From: Schmidtea polychroa
Taxonomy: Eukaryota
Reading direction: 5' to 3'
NCBI GenBank assembly: GCA_044892525.1
Contig: CM097887.1
Coordinates: 107,114,397 to 107,178,396 of the forward strand
Length of the DNA: 64,000 bases
The translations under genes were made by a program, and so were the position numbers. Shown here piece by piece: positions 61,727 through 64,000 of the stretch. Below the pieces are notes generated by a model that had not been told where the DNA came from, did not search any database, and saw nothing but the letters and a program-made list of their open reading frames with translations. Numbering within the stretch: the first letter of the stretch is position 1; the number at the start of each line of letters is the position of its first letter.

Positions 61727-61925
61727 GGGGAAAGTCTCACCATATACTAGGAAGTGTAAATATATATTTTATCTATTTTATATGTTATTTATATTAGTAT
61801 GTAAACTAATGTGGGCTCAAATGAGCATCGGTAAAATCAGACATCAGCGTATGTCGACTTTGGTTACCCTGCGAGGGTCTATCACGAAAGTGATAAAAGC
61901 TGTTAATTATTTTATTTTTAGAAAA

Positions 61926-63460
61926 ATGAATTATAACAGAGAACCAAAACCACCAGTCAAAGCAAATCGACGACACCCATTGGCAACGTACAATTCCCAG
62001 ACTCGAGTTGAAACTGAAGTATATAGTACATACAAAGAAGAGTACGTATACAGGTTCATCGGAACTACGGTCGCAGCAAAAATGAATCACCTCACCTCAA
62101 ACTATTGGTATTATCCCAGGAGAGTGGATATTCCAAACGATTTCAAATTCGCAGGAGGGCCTCGAAAGCAAATGATGATAACGGTTATAAATAACCGAGG
62201 TAGATTAAAATTGGCGGAACTATGTAGAGATTATGGTTCATGTCCGAAATTGGAAAGCATTTGGATCCATGCGATCAATAGGCCATTCACTGTGTTTATG
62301 GCGGGATTAGAGTTACCTGTTGAATTAGAAAAACAGTGTACTCTGGAGATATACCACGCTGATGGACGAGAACGGAATATTATGATCCAGGCAGCAGCAG
62401 TTGATACCATAATCGCAGTAGAAATCTTGGATTTCAGGAAGCCATACTCTATAGTTAGCAAAAACGAGCCAACTTGGATTTACAATGTAAATAAAGTTGA
62501 TATACAGCAGTGTAAATCATTTGTGAGGAAGAAGTTAACCAAAGCCGAGGAGGACGAGGCTACAATTTTCATATCGGCAGGTTTTGCCAAATCCCGAATC
62601 GAACTGAAGGAGACAATTATCCAAATCGCAATTATGGATATGAGGGGAAATAATTTATTGAGTGCGGTAGTGACTCCCAGAGACCCTGTAAAACACTACC
62701 AAACGCACCAATACAAGTTAAAGGAACCTGATATTAGAGGAAACCTCGACGAAGATGATTGTTATCCTCTGATAAGATCTGCGATAAGAAAATACTTGTA
62801 GGTATTTTGCTTAAAGATCTGATCTCGGTAGCCAATCTACCAGTGCAGCGGATACTGAGTATTCGTGACCTTTCTGCAAATAAACTATTGGAAACCAGAG
62901 GAGTCCCAATGATTCATGGTCATTACAGATTGGGATTCCCGACGAAAACTTTCCTGCGTACAGTTCCCGGAGAACCAAGGAATTTAGTGGTCACCAATGA
63001 GGCACTGGCGATACGTGCGGTTTATTTACATTTCAGAAACGAATGGTTAGACCATATCACGAAACCCCAGGAGGAATTCATTTCCGTAACTACAGCAGCG
63101 ATAGTTGAGCAGGAAATGACGCAAAAGAGGAGATTACCCGAGCAACCATCTACATCAGGGCAACCCAAGCCTAAGAGAAAATCACCTGTGGACTTACCAC
63201 CGCCTCCAGCTATATCTATTGGAGAAGAAGATGAATATGAAACATGCGTTAGCGAAACGGAGACAGCAAAATCACCCAAACAATCATCGGGAGCTGCCTA
63301 TCAGCCAAAGGATAAATCGGAAAATGCGGTCAGAAAAGAAAATCCAGAAGGAGGCAAGGTGAAAAAGATGTTAAAGAAAATATTACCCATAAAAAGACAA
63401 TTTTTTCAAGTTTGTCAGACTTCCCGCCAACGGAAATTCTTCAACGATGTCTTATTTTAA
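61926..63460 (+). CDS. Unit 23 exonuclease-like split gene (type D)
   Basis: Copy of 2701..4235. Confidence 0.72.
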
Positions 63461-63850
63461 AGCTCATTGCAATACCTTTCGAATGTGGTATAGAAATCCA
63501 TATTATCAATATTATTGGTAAAGGTATTATTATTTTTTCAAAATATTATTTTTTCAAGGTCATTTATATTTTCAAGGTCAATCATATTTTCAAGGTCATA
63601 TTTTAAAATTTAAATTTTTAGAGTTCCCACCAATGGAATTTATTGGCCGATGGCTAATTTTGAAGCCCACTGCAATACCTTTCGAATGACGTATAGATAT
63701 TCATATTATCATTATTATTAATAAAGATATTATTTTTTCAAAATATTATTTTTCAAGGTCGTTTATTTTTTCAAGGTTCAAAATCTGTTCAAAGCTACTG
63801 TTTTAGTCAATACGAACCAGATGAAATAATCGGTTCCATCGCCAAAAGTG

Positions 63851-64000
63851 ATGCTCATCCTATTTGAATATATGCCTGAAAGATTGAAAGATTCAAGTTG
63901 AAAGACCTGAAATTAGAAGACAATCACAAGAAAATATTATCCGGACAATTGATGTCCGGACTGCAATACTTGCATAATTTGAATATCGCCCACTGCAATA
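63851..64000 (+). pseudogene. Kinase fragment copy, truncated by window end
   Basis: Copy of 1760..1909. Confidence 0.78.

Larger units (their letters stand above)
1..64000 (+). repeat. Head-to-tail tandem array (gene-derived macrosatellite) of a ~2.87 kb unit, 23 units touched, extends beyond both window ends
   Basis: Identical ORF set recurs with period 2866 (e.g. 668, 3534, 6400, 9266, 12132), 2864 (14996, 17860; 23590-35046) and 2881 (39787, 42668, 45549); only scattered SNPs/indels between copies. Confidence 0.99.

Noticed and set aside
1-64000. rDNA, 5S/SL-RNA, tRNA or histone tandem cluster; autonomous transposon
   Set aside because: No recognisable rRNA, SL, tRNA or histone sequence, and no transposase, RT, integrase, TIR or LTR signature seen.

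Overview
The whole 64 kb window is one head-to-tail tandem array of a ~2.87 kb unit. It touches 23 units, has a period of 2864, 2866 or 2881 bp, and is interrupted only by a 240-N gap at 37604-37843. The sequence looks eukaryotic: AT-rich spacers and GT-AG-like sites with TTTTAG/TCAG acceptors. A nematode-like invertebrate is plausible but cannot be established. Each unit carries three unrelated coding relics on the + strand. (1) An ~1.5 kb gene with an unknown N-terminal domain, a REX4/ISG20-like DEDDh 3'-5' exonuclease fold with most catalytic residues replaced, and a tail with a bipartite NLS. It is split in every copy by the same frameshift, and its stop codon sits in the loop of a stem-loop. 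(2) A degenerate Ser/Thr kinase fragment (subdomains ~V-VII, GSK3/CMGC-like spacing). (3) An ATG-less ORF ending in a transmembrane helix. The spacer holds a diverged ~200-bp internal duplication and an 18-bp minisatellite of perfect TCAAGGTCA (NR5A/FTZ-F1/ERR-type) motifs. Copies are nearly identical but fall into haplotype blocks (A, B, C, D) with mosaics, which indicates recent amplification by unequal crossover or conversion. Variant lists were read by eye and are not exhaustive. Family assignments come from recalled consensus motifs, not database searches.
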